A stretch of DNA of 64,000 nt from Candidatus Moraniibacteriota bacterium (GTDB lineage Bacteria > Patescibacteriota > Minisyncoccia > Moranbacterales > UBA1568). The translations under genes and the position numbers were made by a program. The DNA lies in contig JAGOBM010000005.1 in assembly GCA_017983435.1 (NCBI GenBank), positions 28,469-92,468 of the forward strand. Reading direction: 5' to 3'. Shown one piece after another: positions 28,102 through 37,406 of the stretch; position 1 is the stretch's first letter, and each line of letters opens with the position of its first letter. The notes under the pieces were generated by a model. The model was not told where the DNA came from. It saw only the letters and a program-made list of their open reading frames with translations, and searched no databases.

Positions 28102-29739
28102 ATGATTTTTGAAGGAGGGGTAGTTTTTTTGTGGATTCTACTTTTTATGCTCTGCGGGGTCGGTGGGTATGTGTTTTGGAAGGATTCGAAGAGTCCTACG
28201 AATCGCGCGTTCCTGTACATGTCGATCGCCAATGCTCTCTGGGTGGCCATCGTGTTTCTGGAAGATGGACCGTATAGCGACTGGACGAAGTTCTTTTTGT
28301 TGCGCGCGGATTATGCCATGGGCCTCGTGTTCTCTTTCTACATCATGCTGTTTTGTTTTCGGGTGTCGGATCTCGTGACTTTGCGGAAGAACAAGCTGAT
28401 GTTTTTTATCGGTGCAATCATCTGGGGTCTGGCTACTTTGGCAATGATATCTCCGCTGGTGGTGGAGACGTTTACTATCGACGCGATTGGCAATATATTG
28501 CCTGTTTTTGGTGCTCTCGAATCCGTTTTTATGGGTGCAGTACTACTACTACTGCTTGTCGGGCTCGCTTCTCTCGGCTTTGGCTATAGGGCTATGGATG
28601 ATCGCGGTCGTGCGCGATTCGTATATCTGCTGATCGGTGTGATTTTTGCGGTTATGACGAGCATCGTATGCAATATCGTGTTGCTGAAATATTTTCAGAA
28701 TGTACCGGATATCCTCTTACTGCTAACAAGGGTCGGGATTTTCAGTTCCCTTTTCATACCGCTGCTTTCTGGGTATTCGATTATCAAGCATCGACTGATG
28801 AACGTGCAGGTCATCGCGACTGAGACGATCGCTTTCTTTTTTCTGTTCGCGAATTTTATCATCATCTTCTTTTCGCAGTCGGTTCTAGAATTATTGGTCC
28901 GTATCATCGCTTTTTGTATCATTCTGTTCCTTATCATCGCGCTGATCCGCTATATGGATAACGAGATGCAGCGGAAATCGGAGCTACAGGTCATAGCGGA
29001 TCGGCTGGCGCTGGCGAATCAGGAACTGAAGCGGTTGGACAATGCCAAATCGGAGTTCATCTCGATCGCATCACATCAGTTGCGCACGCCGCTTACCGCT
29101 ATCAAGGGGTATGCTTCGCTCATCCTCGAGGGGAATTATGGGAAGATAGACAGCCAGATGCAAGATGTCGTTAACAAAGTCTACGCGGCCAATACTCGTC
29201 TGATCGATCTTGTCGAGAATCTCCTGTCGATCTCCCGCCTCGAGTCCGGGCGGATGCAGTACAATTTTCAGCCGACGCAGGTCGAAGAGATCGTGACGGA
29301 TCTGGGCAATATGTTTGCAGTGAGCGCCAAGAAGCGAGGCTTGGATTTCTCAGTCGTGCTGCCGGAGCAGCCGTTGCCGAAAGTCGATCTCGATCCAGCC
29401 AAGATACGCGAGGTCATGTCGAATCTCATCGACAACGCCATCAAGTACACGGAGCATGGATCGGTAATAGCGAGTCTCTGGCAGGAGGGCGACAAGCTCC
29501 GCTACTCCGTCAAGGATACCGGCATCGGCGTGACCGCGGAAGACAAAGAACGGCTCTTCTCAAAATTCTCCCGAAGCAAGGAGACCGAGAAGCTCTATGT
29601 CGGCGGGACCGGTCTCGGTCTCTATGTCGGCAAGACCTTTGTCGAGAAGCATGGCGGCCGTATCTGGGTGGAATCAGCTGGACATGGCCGAGGATCGGAA
29701 TTCATTTTTGAGCTTCCGATTTCCCGTGATTCGCTGTAA
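28102..29739 (+). CDS. Sensor histidine kinase with N-terminal multi-TM sensor domain
   Basis: HisKA H-box IASHQLRTPLTAIKG, HATPase_c N/G1/G2 boxes (DNAIKYT, DTGIGV, GGTGLGL); start uncertain (ATG 28102; RBS GAAGGAGG precedes a TTG at about 28129). Confidence 0.85.
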   Translation: MIFEGGVVFLWILLFMLCGVGGYVFWKDSKSPTNRAFLYMSIANALWVAIVFLEDGPYSDWTKFFLLRADYAMGLVFSFYIMLFCFRVSDLVTLRKNKLMFFIGAIIWGLATLAMISPLVVETFTIDAIGNILPVFGALESVFMGAVLLLLLVGLASLGFGYRAMDDRGRARFVYLLIGVIFAVMTSIVCNIVLLKYFQNVPDILLLLTRVGIFSSLFIPLLSGYSIIKHRLMNVQVIATETIAFFFLFANFIIIFFSQSVLELLVRIIAFCIILFLIIALIRYMDNEMQRKSELQVIADRLALANQELKRLDNAKSEFISIASHQLRTPLTAIKGYASLILEGNYGKIDSQMQDVVNKVYAANTRLIDLVENLLSISRLESGRMQYNFQPTQVEEIVTDLGNMFAVSAKKRGLDFSVVLPEQPLPKVDLDPAKIREVMSNLIDNAIKYTEHGSVIASLWQEGDKLRYSVKDTGIGVTAEDKERLFSKFSRSKETEKLYVGGTGLGLYVGKTFVEKHGGRIWVESAGHGRGSEFIFELPISRDSL

Positions 29740-29960
29740 GATAGAGCTAAGAGCCTCTCCCGATAGATCATCGCAGCTATAAAAAAGAACAACTGCTTGT
29801 CGGCTGAAATTCCAGAATTTCGGCTGCAAATCTTGAAAGACTCGGCGGAATAGCTACAGTATTCCTTCTCATCTTTCAGAGATTTTCGCTCGAAATTCTG
29901 AAATTTGCATCTCGACATGCTCTATTGGGAGCGGCTCTAAGTCATTAAAACTATACTGCT

Positions 29961-30782
29961 ATGTCCAAGATACTGCTGGTCGAAGATGATGAGTTTATCG
30001 CTGATATCTACAAGAAGAAATTCGAGTCTTCTGGATTCGAGGTGCTCAATATCATGAATGGTCGGGCGGTGCTCAAGGCGGTAGCCGATCAGCACTTCGA
30101 TCTTATCCTGCTCGATCTCGTCATTCCGGAAATGTCCGGCCTGGAAGTATTGAAGGAGCTGCGCGGGCCGCAGTATCCGCCTGATCTTCGGATCGTGATT
30201 TTTAGCAATCTTTCTAATCCCGAAGATCGCGAGCAGGCGGTCAAGCTTGGTGCAAACGGCTTCATCTCGAAGACGGAATTCTCGCCTTCGCAGGTGGTCG
30301 AGGAGGTGAATCGCTATCTGCATCAGTTCGGCGAGCAGGACAAGAATGAGAGCCGGCGGCTGGTCAGTGAGACGGCAGCCGACCTTGGGATACGCCCGCA
30401 GGCCGATCGGAAGAAGATCCTGTTCATCGAGGATGAAGAGGTTTTTGTTGATATGTTTGGCAAGAAGCTCTCGGATGAAGGCTATGAGGTGCTGGTGGAG
30501 AATGACGGTGCCAAAGGTCTTGATCGGGCGCTTCAAGAAGATCGGCTAGACCTGATTATCACTGATGCGATGCTGCCGGGAATGAATGGCAAAGACGTCG
30601 TGGAAGGTATCCGGTCGCATGAAAAGACATCGCGTATTCCGGTCTTCGTGATCTCGGCCTCAGTTGACGACGAAGATATGCGTGATATGCTGGCTGCCGG
30701 AGCGACGCGGACCTATTTCAAGACGAAAATCGTCCCGAGTCAGCTCGCGAGCGAAGTCCGCAGCTTTTTTGCCGGTAAATAG
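29961..30782 (+). CDS. Response regulator with two receiver domains (REC-REC), no output domain
   Basis: Two CheY-like domains (DD...D...K pattern: LLVEDDEF...LILLDLVIPE and ILFIEDEE...LIITDAMLPG); 273 aa. Confidence 0.85.
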   Translation: MSKILLVEDDEFIADIYKKKFESSGFEVLNIMNGRAVLKAVADQHFDLILLDLVIPEMSGLEVLKELRGPQYPPDLRIVIFSNLSNPEDREQAVKLGANGFISKTEFSPSQVVEEVNRYLHQFGEQDKNESRRLVSETAADLGIRPQADRKKILFIEDEEVFVDMFGKKLSDEGYEVLVENDGAKGLDRALQEDRLDLIITDAMLPGMNGKDVVEGIRSHEKTSRIPVFVISASVDDEDMRDMLAAGATRTYFKTKIVPSQLASEVRSFFAGK

Positions 30783-30784
30783 TG

Positions 30785-32197
30785 ATGGATGATCGATTGC
30801 GTATGGAACGGATATTGATGAGCGGAATCCCGGAAAAGTCCGGGCAGGCAGTGATGCTTGCGGGGTGGGTGAGCGTGCGCCGGGACCACGGCAAGCTGGT
30901 GTTTCTCGATGTCCGGGACCGGTCGGGATCGGTGCAGGTTGTCGTGCTGCCGCAGCATGCAGAAGCGGGTGAAGTAGCCCGGTCACTCCGTTCTGAATGG
31001 GTGGTTGAGATCTGCGGGAATGTAAATGCCCGTCCGGAGAAGCTCATCAATCATGATCAGCCCAACGGGGCGTTTGAGATAGAGGCGACGTCGATACGCG
31101 TCCTCAATACGGCGGAGACACCAGTTTTCGATGTATTGACGGATGGCAAGGAAATCGGTGAAGAAACTCGTCTCAAATATCGCTATCTCGATCTGCGCCG
31201 CGATCGGATGCAGCAGAATATCCGCAAGCGCCACGAGGCGACGCTCCATCTCCGTCAGTTCTATTCGAATGAGGGCTTCATCGAGATCGAGACGCCGTAT
31301 ATGACCAAGTCGACTCCGGAGGGATCACGCGACTATGTCATCCCGTCCCGTATCGAGAAGGGGAAATTCTATGCGTTGCCGCAGTCCCCGCAGCAGTACA
31401 AGCAGCTTCTGATGACAGCCGGTTTCGAACGGTATTTCCAGGTGGCTCGCTGTTTCCGTGATGAGGACACCCGTGGCGATCGGCAGCCGGAATTCACTCA
31501 GATCGATATGGAGATGAGTTTCGTCTCCCAGGAAGATGTGATGCGTATCAATGAGGCGCTTTTGATTGATCTTGTGCAGACCGTGTATCCGGAAAAGAAG
31601 ATCCAGACGCTGCCGTTTCCGCGTCTGACCTATCAGGAGGCGATGGAACAGTACGGTTCCGATAAGCCGGATATCCGGACGGATAAGAATGATCCGAATC
31701 TGCTCGCCTTCTGCTGGGTGATCGACTTCCCATTTTTTGAGAATGACGACAAAGGTGGCTGGACGTTCACACACAATCCTTTTTCCGCGCCGAAGCCGGA
31801 GTATATGGCTGATCTGATGGAGAAGCGGAATATCGGCGATATCGTGGCGGCCCAGTATGATATCGTGCTCAATGGCTATGAGATCGGCGGCGGAGGGATC
31901 CGCAATCATGATCCGGAAGCGCTCAAGCGAGTGTTCCAGGTGATGGGATATGCTGATGAGCGGATCGAAGCGAATTTCGGCCATATGCTTCGAGCGTTGG
32001 CTTCCGGGACGCCACCACATGGAGGACTGGCGTTCGGTTTCGATCGCTTGATGATGCTCTTGCAGAATGAGCCGAATATCCGTGAGGTGATTCCGTTTGC
32101 CAAGACGGGCGAGGGGCGCGATCTGATGATGCAGGCACCGTCGGATATCTCCCCGGAACAGCTCTCGGAGCTCGGTATCGTATTGCCCAAAGCGTAG
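30785..32197 (+). CDS. aspS: Aspartyl-tRNA synthetase (short form lacking the GAD insertion domain)
   Basis: FYALPQSPQQYKQLLM and FQVARCFRDEDTRGDRQPEFTQID class IIb motifs; 471 aa; start overlaps the RR stop (GTG 30782 / ATG 30785). Confidence 0.9.
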   Translation: MDDRLRMERILMSGIPEKSGQAVMLAGWVSVRRDHGKLVFLDVRDRSGSVQVVVLPQHAEAGEVARSLRSEWVVEICGNVNARPEKLINHDQPNGAFEIEATSIRVLNTAETPVFDVLTDGKEIGEETRLKYRYLDLRRDRMQQNIRKRHEATLHLRQFYSNEGFIEIETPYMTKSTPEGSRDYVIPSRIEKGKFYALPQSPQQYKQLLMTAGFERYFQVARCFRDEDTRGDRQPEFTQIDMEMSFVSQEDVMRINEALLIDLVQTVYPEKKIQTLPFPRLTYQEAMEQYGSDKPDIRTDKNDPNLLAFCWVIDFPFFENDDKGGWTFTHNPFSAPKPEYMADLMEKRNIGDIVAAQYDIVLNGYEIGGGGIRNHDPEALKRVFQVMGYADERIEANFGHMLRALASGTPPHGGLAFGFDRLMMLLQNEPNIREVIPFAKTGEGRDLMMQAPSDISPEQLSELGIVLPKA

Positions 32198-32273
32198 GGA
32201 TGGCGCGGCAGAGCCCCTGATTGGAATAATTCTTGAAAACAGGGTAGAATAGACTATCCTGTTTTTTCATCCT

Positions 32274-33368
32274 ATGGACATTTCCCAGATACCAAAAAAA
32301 CTGAATAAGGAGCTCATAGAACGGTTTTTCGGGCATCTGGCTCCGGATATCGGCATCGACCTCGGCACGGCCAACACGCTGGTCTATGTGAAGGGCCGCG
32401 GCATCGTCATCAATGAGCCTTCGGTGGTTGCGATCAATCAGCGGACCGGTCAGATCTTGGCAATCGGCCGCGAGGCCAAGAAAATGGTCGGTAAGACGCC
32501 GAGCCATATCGTCGCGACCCGGCCGCTCGTCGATGGCGTCGTGAGCGATTTCGAAGTGACGCAGCAGATGCTCCGCTATTTCATCCACAAGGTCAATCAG
32601 GGACGGTTCGCATTTCTGCGCCGGCCACGGGTTTTGATCGGTATCCCGTCGGGTGTGACCGAAGTGGAGAAGCGCGCCGTGATCGAGGCGGCGATGAATG
32701 CCGGGGCCCGGCAGGCGTTTCTTATCGATGAGCCGATGGCTGCTGCGATAGGCGCCCGGTTGCCGGTGACAGAATCGATCGGCAATATGGTCATCGATAT
32801 CGGCGGGGGAACGACGGAAATCGCGGTCATCTCGCTCGGCGGCGTCGTCGTCTCGCGGAGTCTGCGTATCGCTGGTGATGAGATGAATGAAGATATCGTC
32901 CGGTATTGTCGGGACGAATTCAATATTCTGGTCGGAGAGCGGACGGCTGAAGATGTGAAGATCGCCATCGGGAGCGCGTTCCCTCTGCGTGAGCGGCTGA
33001 CCTATCCGCTCCGTGGACGTGATCTTGTGTCCGGTCTGCCCAAGGAAGTGATTATCAATGACGAGCATGTGCGTGATGCCCTGTCCCGATCTATTCGCGT
33101 CATCGTGAACAATGTGAAGACAATCATCGAAGAGACGCCGCCGGAACTCTTGTCCGATGTTATGCAGCGCGGCATCATCCTGGCGGGCGGCGGCGGACTT
33201 ATCCGCGGGTTGGATCGGCTTTTGGCGAATCAGACCGGAATACCGGTGCGCATGATGGAGGATCCGCTGACCGCGGTCGTGCGCGGTACGGGACTCGTGC
33301 TGGATGACATGGAACATCTCCAGGATGTCTTGATCGAAGAAGAGACTGCTAAGGCATTCTCTTCGTAA
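32274..33368 (+). CDS. mreB: Rod shape-determining protein MreB
   Basis: Actin-like ATPase motifs IGIDLGTANTLVYV, DIGGGTTE. Confidence 0.95.
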   Translation: MDISQIPKKLNKELIERFFGHLAPDIGIDLGTANTLVYVKGRGIVINEPSVVAINQRTGQILAIGREAKKMVGKTPSHIVATRPLVDGVVSDFEVTQQMLRYFIHKVNQGRFAFLRRPRVLIGIPSGVTEVEKRAVIEAAMNAGARQAFLIDEPMAAAIGARLPVTESIGNMVIDIGGGTTEIAVISLGGVVVSRSLRIAGDEMNEDIVRYCRDEFNILVGERTAEDVKIAIGSAFPLRERLTYPLRGRDLVSGLPKEVIINDEHVRDALSRSIRVIVNNVKTIIEETPPELLSDVMQRGIILAGGGGLIRGLDRLLANQTGIPVRMMEDPLTAVVRGTGLVLDDMEHLQDVLIEEETAKAFSS

Positions 33369-33404
33369 CGGCATTCCCCGGGCCGCGTCCGGCGCGGAGA
33401 GTCG

Positions 33405-34250
33405 GTGCCTGATATATTTTCTGATATTAAGACTGTGAAACGGACTTTCTTTCAGACCAAGCTTTCTCGGGCGCTCATCGCCATCGCGATGCTCTTTGTC
33501 TTGGCATGGTGGAATCCAGGATTCATTATGCGCCCGATCGCCTCGGCGGCTCAGGTGGTCGCCTTCCCTTTCGAGAGAGCCTTTTCCTTTCTACTGTTCG
33601 AAGTGCGCGATGTGCTGGGTTTTGTGGGATCGATCGGGGAACTCAAGACCGAGAATGAGCGTCTGATACGCGAGCATCGAGATCTCCTGTCCGATCAGGC
33701 AGCGCTCCATGATATCCGGTCTGAGAATGAATCACTCCGTAAGGAGCTCGGACTCGCTCCGCGTGCCCAGTATGATCTCATATCCGCTGAGGTGATCGGT
33801 GAGGATGTCCTAGCGCAGGGGAAGGCTCTCATCATCAATCAGGGAAGCGGTTCCGATATTTCGGTCGGCATGCCGGTCGTGGTCGGCAAGGGTATACTAA
33901 TCGGAAGAATAGACGCAGTGTTCGTCGGGAGCGCCCGGGTCAGATTGCTGTCGCACCCGGATAGTCTGGTGGCGGCGATGACCACGGAGGGCGAGGCCAA
34001 GGGAGCGGTACGAGGCGAGCATGGTCTCGGCGTGCTGTTCGATATGGTACCGAGAACCGATGTGCTTGAGCGCGGTCATTCGGTCGTGACCTCCGGTCTC
34101 GGCGGCGATTTTCCGAGAGGGCTCCTCATCGGGACACTCCAGGATCCGCGCTACACGACGGATAAGTTGTTTCAGCAGGCATCGGTCGTGGCACCGGTGA
34201 AGTATGGCGACATCCGTTTCGTATCGGTAATCGTGGCGGAAAAATTATGA
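33405..34250 (+). CDS. mreC: Rod shape-determining protein MreC
   Basis: N-terminal TM, coiled-coil (ENERLIREHRDLLSDQAAL), C-terminal beta domain; position after mreB. Confidence 0.8.
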   Translation: MPDIFSDIKTVKRTFFQTKLSRALIAIAMLFVLAWWNPGFIMRPIASAAQVVAFPFERAFSFLLFEVRDVLGFVGSIGELKTENERLIREHRDLLSDQAALHDIRSENESLRKELGLAPRAQYDLISAEVIGEDVLAQGKALIINQGSGSDISVGMPVVVGKGILIGRIDAVFVGSARVRLLSHPDSLVAAMTTEGEAKGAVRGEHGLGVLFDMVPRTDVLERGHSVVTSGLGGDFPRGLLIGTLQDPRYTTDKLFQQASVVAPVKYGDIRFVSVIVAEKL

Positions 34251-34780
34251 CGTTCTGGATCCGGCTTGGCACACTCCTCATTCTGGTAGCGCTGCATCTC
34301 TCATCGGTGCCGGTCCTGACGCTTGTCTCTGTGCCGCCGTCAGTGCTGATCGCGAGCGCTATCGCCTGGACCGTGCTGCTTGGTTTCCCGGCGGTGCTCG
34401 TGCCGCTCCTCGCGCTGATCCTCGTGGCGGATAGCGTGCTGTTTGGAGGCGTAGAGATGCTTTCGGTCTACTATATCGGCATCGCCTACGCGACGATCTT
34501 CATCATGAAGCGGACACTGGTCGGAGATAGGACTAGTCTGAGTTTTTGGGTACTGACGCTGTTCTCCGGTGTAGCCAGCGCGTGTTGGCCGGTGTTCGTC
34601 TGGATATCCGATCTCTTGATACCGATGGAGAGTATCAACATGGAGCCGCTTTCTGTCGGGAGCCTGCTGCTCGGCGGTATCATCGGCTGTGTGGTCTATC
34701 CGATAGTATTCGCGTTGCTCAGCCGGAGCGAGCGGATGATCCGCGAGATCCGTCAGGATGCCCAGTTTTCCGTCAAATAA
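34247..34780 (+). CDS. mreD: Rod shape-determining protein MreD-like membrane protein
   Basis: 177-aa polytopic membrane protein overlapping the mreC stop by 4 nt, preceding PBP2. Confidence 0.6.
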   Translation: MTFWIRLGTLLILVALHLSSVPVLTLVSVPPSVLIASAIAWTVLLGFPAVLVPLLALILVADSVLFGGVEMLSVYYIGIAYATIFIMKRTLVGDRTSLSFWVLTLFSGVASACWPVFVWISDLLIPMESINMEPLSVGSLLLGGIIGCVVYPIVFALLSRSERMIREIRQDAQFSVK

Positions 34781-34788
34781 AAAAATAC

Positions 34789-36681
34789 ATGAAGCTCTTC
34801 ATACACAATTTGATTCATCCTTCGAATCGCGGCCGGGAGATCGACGATGCCGTGTTGACCGTGACTGAGGAAGAGGCCGCCCAGTTGGAATGGCCACTCT
34901 CGAAATATTGGTTTGCTGTTATCTGGTGGGGAGCGCTCCTGCTCCTCTTGCTCCTCGGGGGGCGGGTTTTCTACCTGACGATCGTCAAGGGGGCAGAGTA
35001 CCAGGAGATGGCACTGCGCAACAGTCTCCGGTCGATACCGATCGTGGCACCGCGGGGTATCGTCTACGATCGTACCGGCCAGGCACTGGTGCAAAACGTG
35101 CCGACCGTCGATCTGGCAGTGATTCCATCTGATCTGCCTCGTGACGACGCAGAACGAGAATCAGTGAGGCAGCGGGTCGGGATGCTTCTCGGTCTCGACG
35201 CGACACTTCTCGAGAACGTCTTCGCATCAGCCAAAAATTCGACGGTACCGCTCTTCCTCAAGCCGGGTCTGTCTCAGGAAGAGCTTCTCTTGGTGCTCGG
35301 TCGTCAATCGGAATTGCCGGGTATCGTGCTGGTGAAATCCGCGGAGCGTGAATACGCGGATGGCGCGATCTTCTCGCATATCATCGGCTATGAGGGCAAG
35401 ATCAGGCAGGAAGAGCTCGATCAGTATTCGGAGTACGGACTTTCAGACACGGTCGGCAAGCAGGGCGTAGAGAAGGCTTACGAATCAGTGCTTCGAGGCG
35501 AGAACGGTGCAGCCCGTGTCGAGGTGGATGCGATGGGCAAGATCAAAAAAGAGCTCGGCGTGCTCGATCCGATCCCAGGGAGCGATGTTATCCTTCATAT
35601 CGATGCCGGCCTGCAGAAGAAGATCTATGATTCCCTGCAGAAACTGCTCGATGAAAAGGGTTTCAAGCGGGCGGCAGCCATCGCGATGGATCCCAAGACG
35701 GGCGGCGTGTTGGCGCTCGTCAGTCTGCCGAGTTATGACAACAATCTTTTTTCCGGTGGCATCGATCAGGCGCATTATCAGGAGCTCATCACGGATGAGG
35801 CGAAGCCTTTGTTCAATCGGGCGATCAACGGCGAGTATCCTCCCGGATCGACGATCAAGCCGGTGATCGCGGCGGCGGCGCTCTCGGAGGGAGTCATATC
35901 ATCATCGACGGTCATCGACGGGATGGGCGGTGCTCTCCGGCGAGGCGGATCGGTATTCCGGGACTGGACGACGCACGGGCCGAGCACAGTACGGCAGGCG
36001 ATTGCTGAAAGTAATGACATATTCTTCTATACGATCGGCGGCGGCTACGGCAGCATACCCGGACTCGGTATGCGCCGCATGAAAACCTACGAAGAGCTGT
36101 TTGGATATGGCAAGGAAACAGGGATTGATATTCCGGGCGAGGCGGATGGCTTCCTGCCGGATCCGGACTGGAAGCAGGAACGCTATGGAGAGCGCTGGTA
36201 TATCGGCAATGACTACCATGCTTCCATCGGTCAGGGATTTGTGACGGCGACTCCGCTGCAGGTCTTGAATTCCGTCTCGACAATCGCGAATGGCGGGACG
36301 CTCTATCAGCCGAGGGTTGCGGCGCAGATCAGGGACGCTCGGGGGAAGCTCACATCAGTCGATGCTCCGGTCGTCCGGAAGGATTTCATCAACCAAGATG
36401 TACTGCGTGTCGTCCAGGAGGGGATGCGCGAGACGGTGACTGGCGGGACAGCCCAGTCGCTCCGTGATCTGCCGGTAGAGGCGGCGGGCAAGACTGGGAC
36501 AGCACAGTTCGGGACCGGCAAGGATACGCATGGCTGGTTCGTCTCCTTTGCTCCGTATGCGGATCCGGAAATCGCCATGATCGTTCTCGTCGAGGGGCAG
36601 GACGAGGAAGGATACAACGCGGTCCCGGTGACCAAAGAGGTCTATCAGTGGTATTTCGGTGGTCGGAAAGATGAAGAATAG
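34789..36681 (+). CDS. mrdA: Penicillin-binding protein 2 (peptidoglycan D,D-transpeptidase, elongasome)
   Basis: N-terminal TM, PBP dimerisation domain, transpeptidase STIK (SxxK) active-site motif; start trimmed to Met 34789 (the ORF-track 34546 start overlaps mreD). Confidence 0.9.
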   Translation: MKLFIHNLIHPSNRGREIDDAVLTVTEEEAAQLEWPLSKYWFAVIWWGALLLLLLLGGRVFYLTIVKGAEYQEMALRNSLRSIPIVAPRGIVYDRTGQALVQNVPTVDLAVIPSDLPRDDAERESVRQRVGMLLGLDATLLENVFASAKNSTVPLFLKPGLSQEELLLVLGRQSELPGIVLVKSAEREYADGAIFSHIIGYEGKIRQEELDQYSEYGLSDTVGKQGVEKAYESVLRGENGAARVEVDAMGKIKKELGVLDPIPGSDVILHIDAGLQKKIYDSLQKLLDEKGFKRAAAIAMDPKTGGVLALVSLPSYDNNLFSGGIDQAHYQELITDEAKPLFNRAINGEYPPGSTIKPVIAAAALSEGVISSSTVIDGMGGALRRGGSVFRDWTTHGPSTVRQAIAESNDIFFYTIGGGYGSIPGLGMRRMKTYEELFGYGKETGIDIPGEADGFLPDPDWKQERYGERWYIGNDYHASIGQGFVTATPLQVLNSVSTIANGGTLYQPRVAAQIRDARGKLTSVDAPVVRKDFINQDVLRVVQEGMRETVTGGTAQSLRDLPVEAAGKTGTAQFGTGKDTHGWFVSFAPYADPEIAMIVLVEGQDEEGYNAVPVTKEVYQWYFGGRKDEE

Positions 36682-36823
36682 AGGCTTTATAAAGCCACGA
36701 AATTGAGCATTTGACAATTTTTCCCTGTCTGGTACCATGGGAGGCGTTTTGAAGAGGAATTGCTGTGCACACAGCAGTTTTTCTTTCATAAGAGAGGAAT
36801 ACATCAATCAGTAAGAAAAAAAC

Positions 36824-37285
36824 ATGGCAAGGATTTATACCGAGGAAGGCCTCAAGAAACTGCAGTCCGAACTCGAAGAGCGCAAGGGAAAAATCCGACA
36901 TTCGATAGCGGAGGCGATCAAGGAGGCGAAAGAGCAGGGCGACCTGTCCGAGAATGCCGAATACAGCGAGGCCAAGCACCAGCAGAATGAGAACGAGAGC
37001 CGGGTCGTCGAGCTCGAGGTACTCCTCAAGGATGCGGTGCTGGCGGAACCGAAGCATCATCATAAGGGATCCGGTGTGAGCATGGGATCGAAACTCTCCG
37101 TGAAGCTCGGCAGCCGCGAGCTTGCCTTTGAGATCGTCGGATCCAATGAGGCTGACCCAGCCCATGGCAAGATCTCCAACGAGTCTCCGCTCGGCAAAGA
37201 ATTCATGGGCAAGAAGAAAGGTGACAAAATCGAGATCATCATCCCGGCCGGCAAAGCGAAATACGAAATCCTCGAAGTGAAATAA
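36824..37285 (+). CDS. greA: Transcription elongation factor GreA
   Basis: N-terminal coiled-coil (TEEGLKKLQSELEERK...SENAEYSEAK) and C-terminal FKBP-like domain. Confidence 0.9.
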   Translation: MARIYTEEGLKKLQSELEERKGKIRHSIAEAIKEAKEQGDLSENAEYSEAKHQQNENESRVVELEVLLKDAVLAEPKHHHKGSGVSMGSKLSVKLGSRELAFEIVGSNEADPAHGKISNESPLGKEFMGKKKGDKIEIIIPAGKAKYEILEVK

Positions 37286-37406
37286 TAAGCCTCTCTTTTT
37301 GGAAGAGATACGGGAATATTTTTCCGGGCCGCCCGCATATCGGGTGGCTCTTTTCCTTGCCTGAATGGGGAAAAATGGGTAGAGTGGGGAGGAATGTATT
37401 GAATAA

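Noticed and set aside
31923-33374. 483-aa minus-strand ORF
   Set aside because: Antisense to aspS 3' end and mreB, both with clear homology
34546-34788. ORF-track upstream start of PBP2 (34546)
   Set aside because: Would overlap mreD by 235 nt in another frame; a Met at 34789 gives the canonical PBP2 N-terminus with TM helix
37286-37406. Possible T-box leader upstream of lysS (gggtggct resembles AGGGTGG)
   Set aside because: Region is only 120 nt, has no specifier loop or antiterminator/terminator alternative; the element is a simple terminator hairpin (gccgcccg...cgggtggc + U-run) for greA
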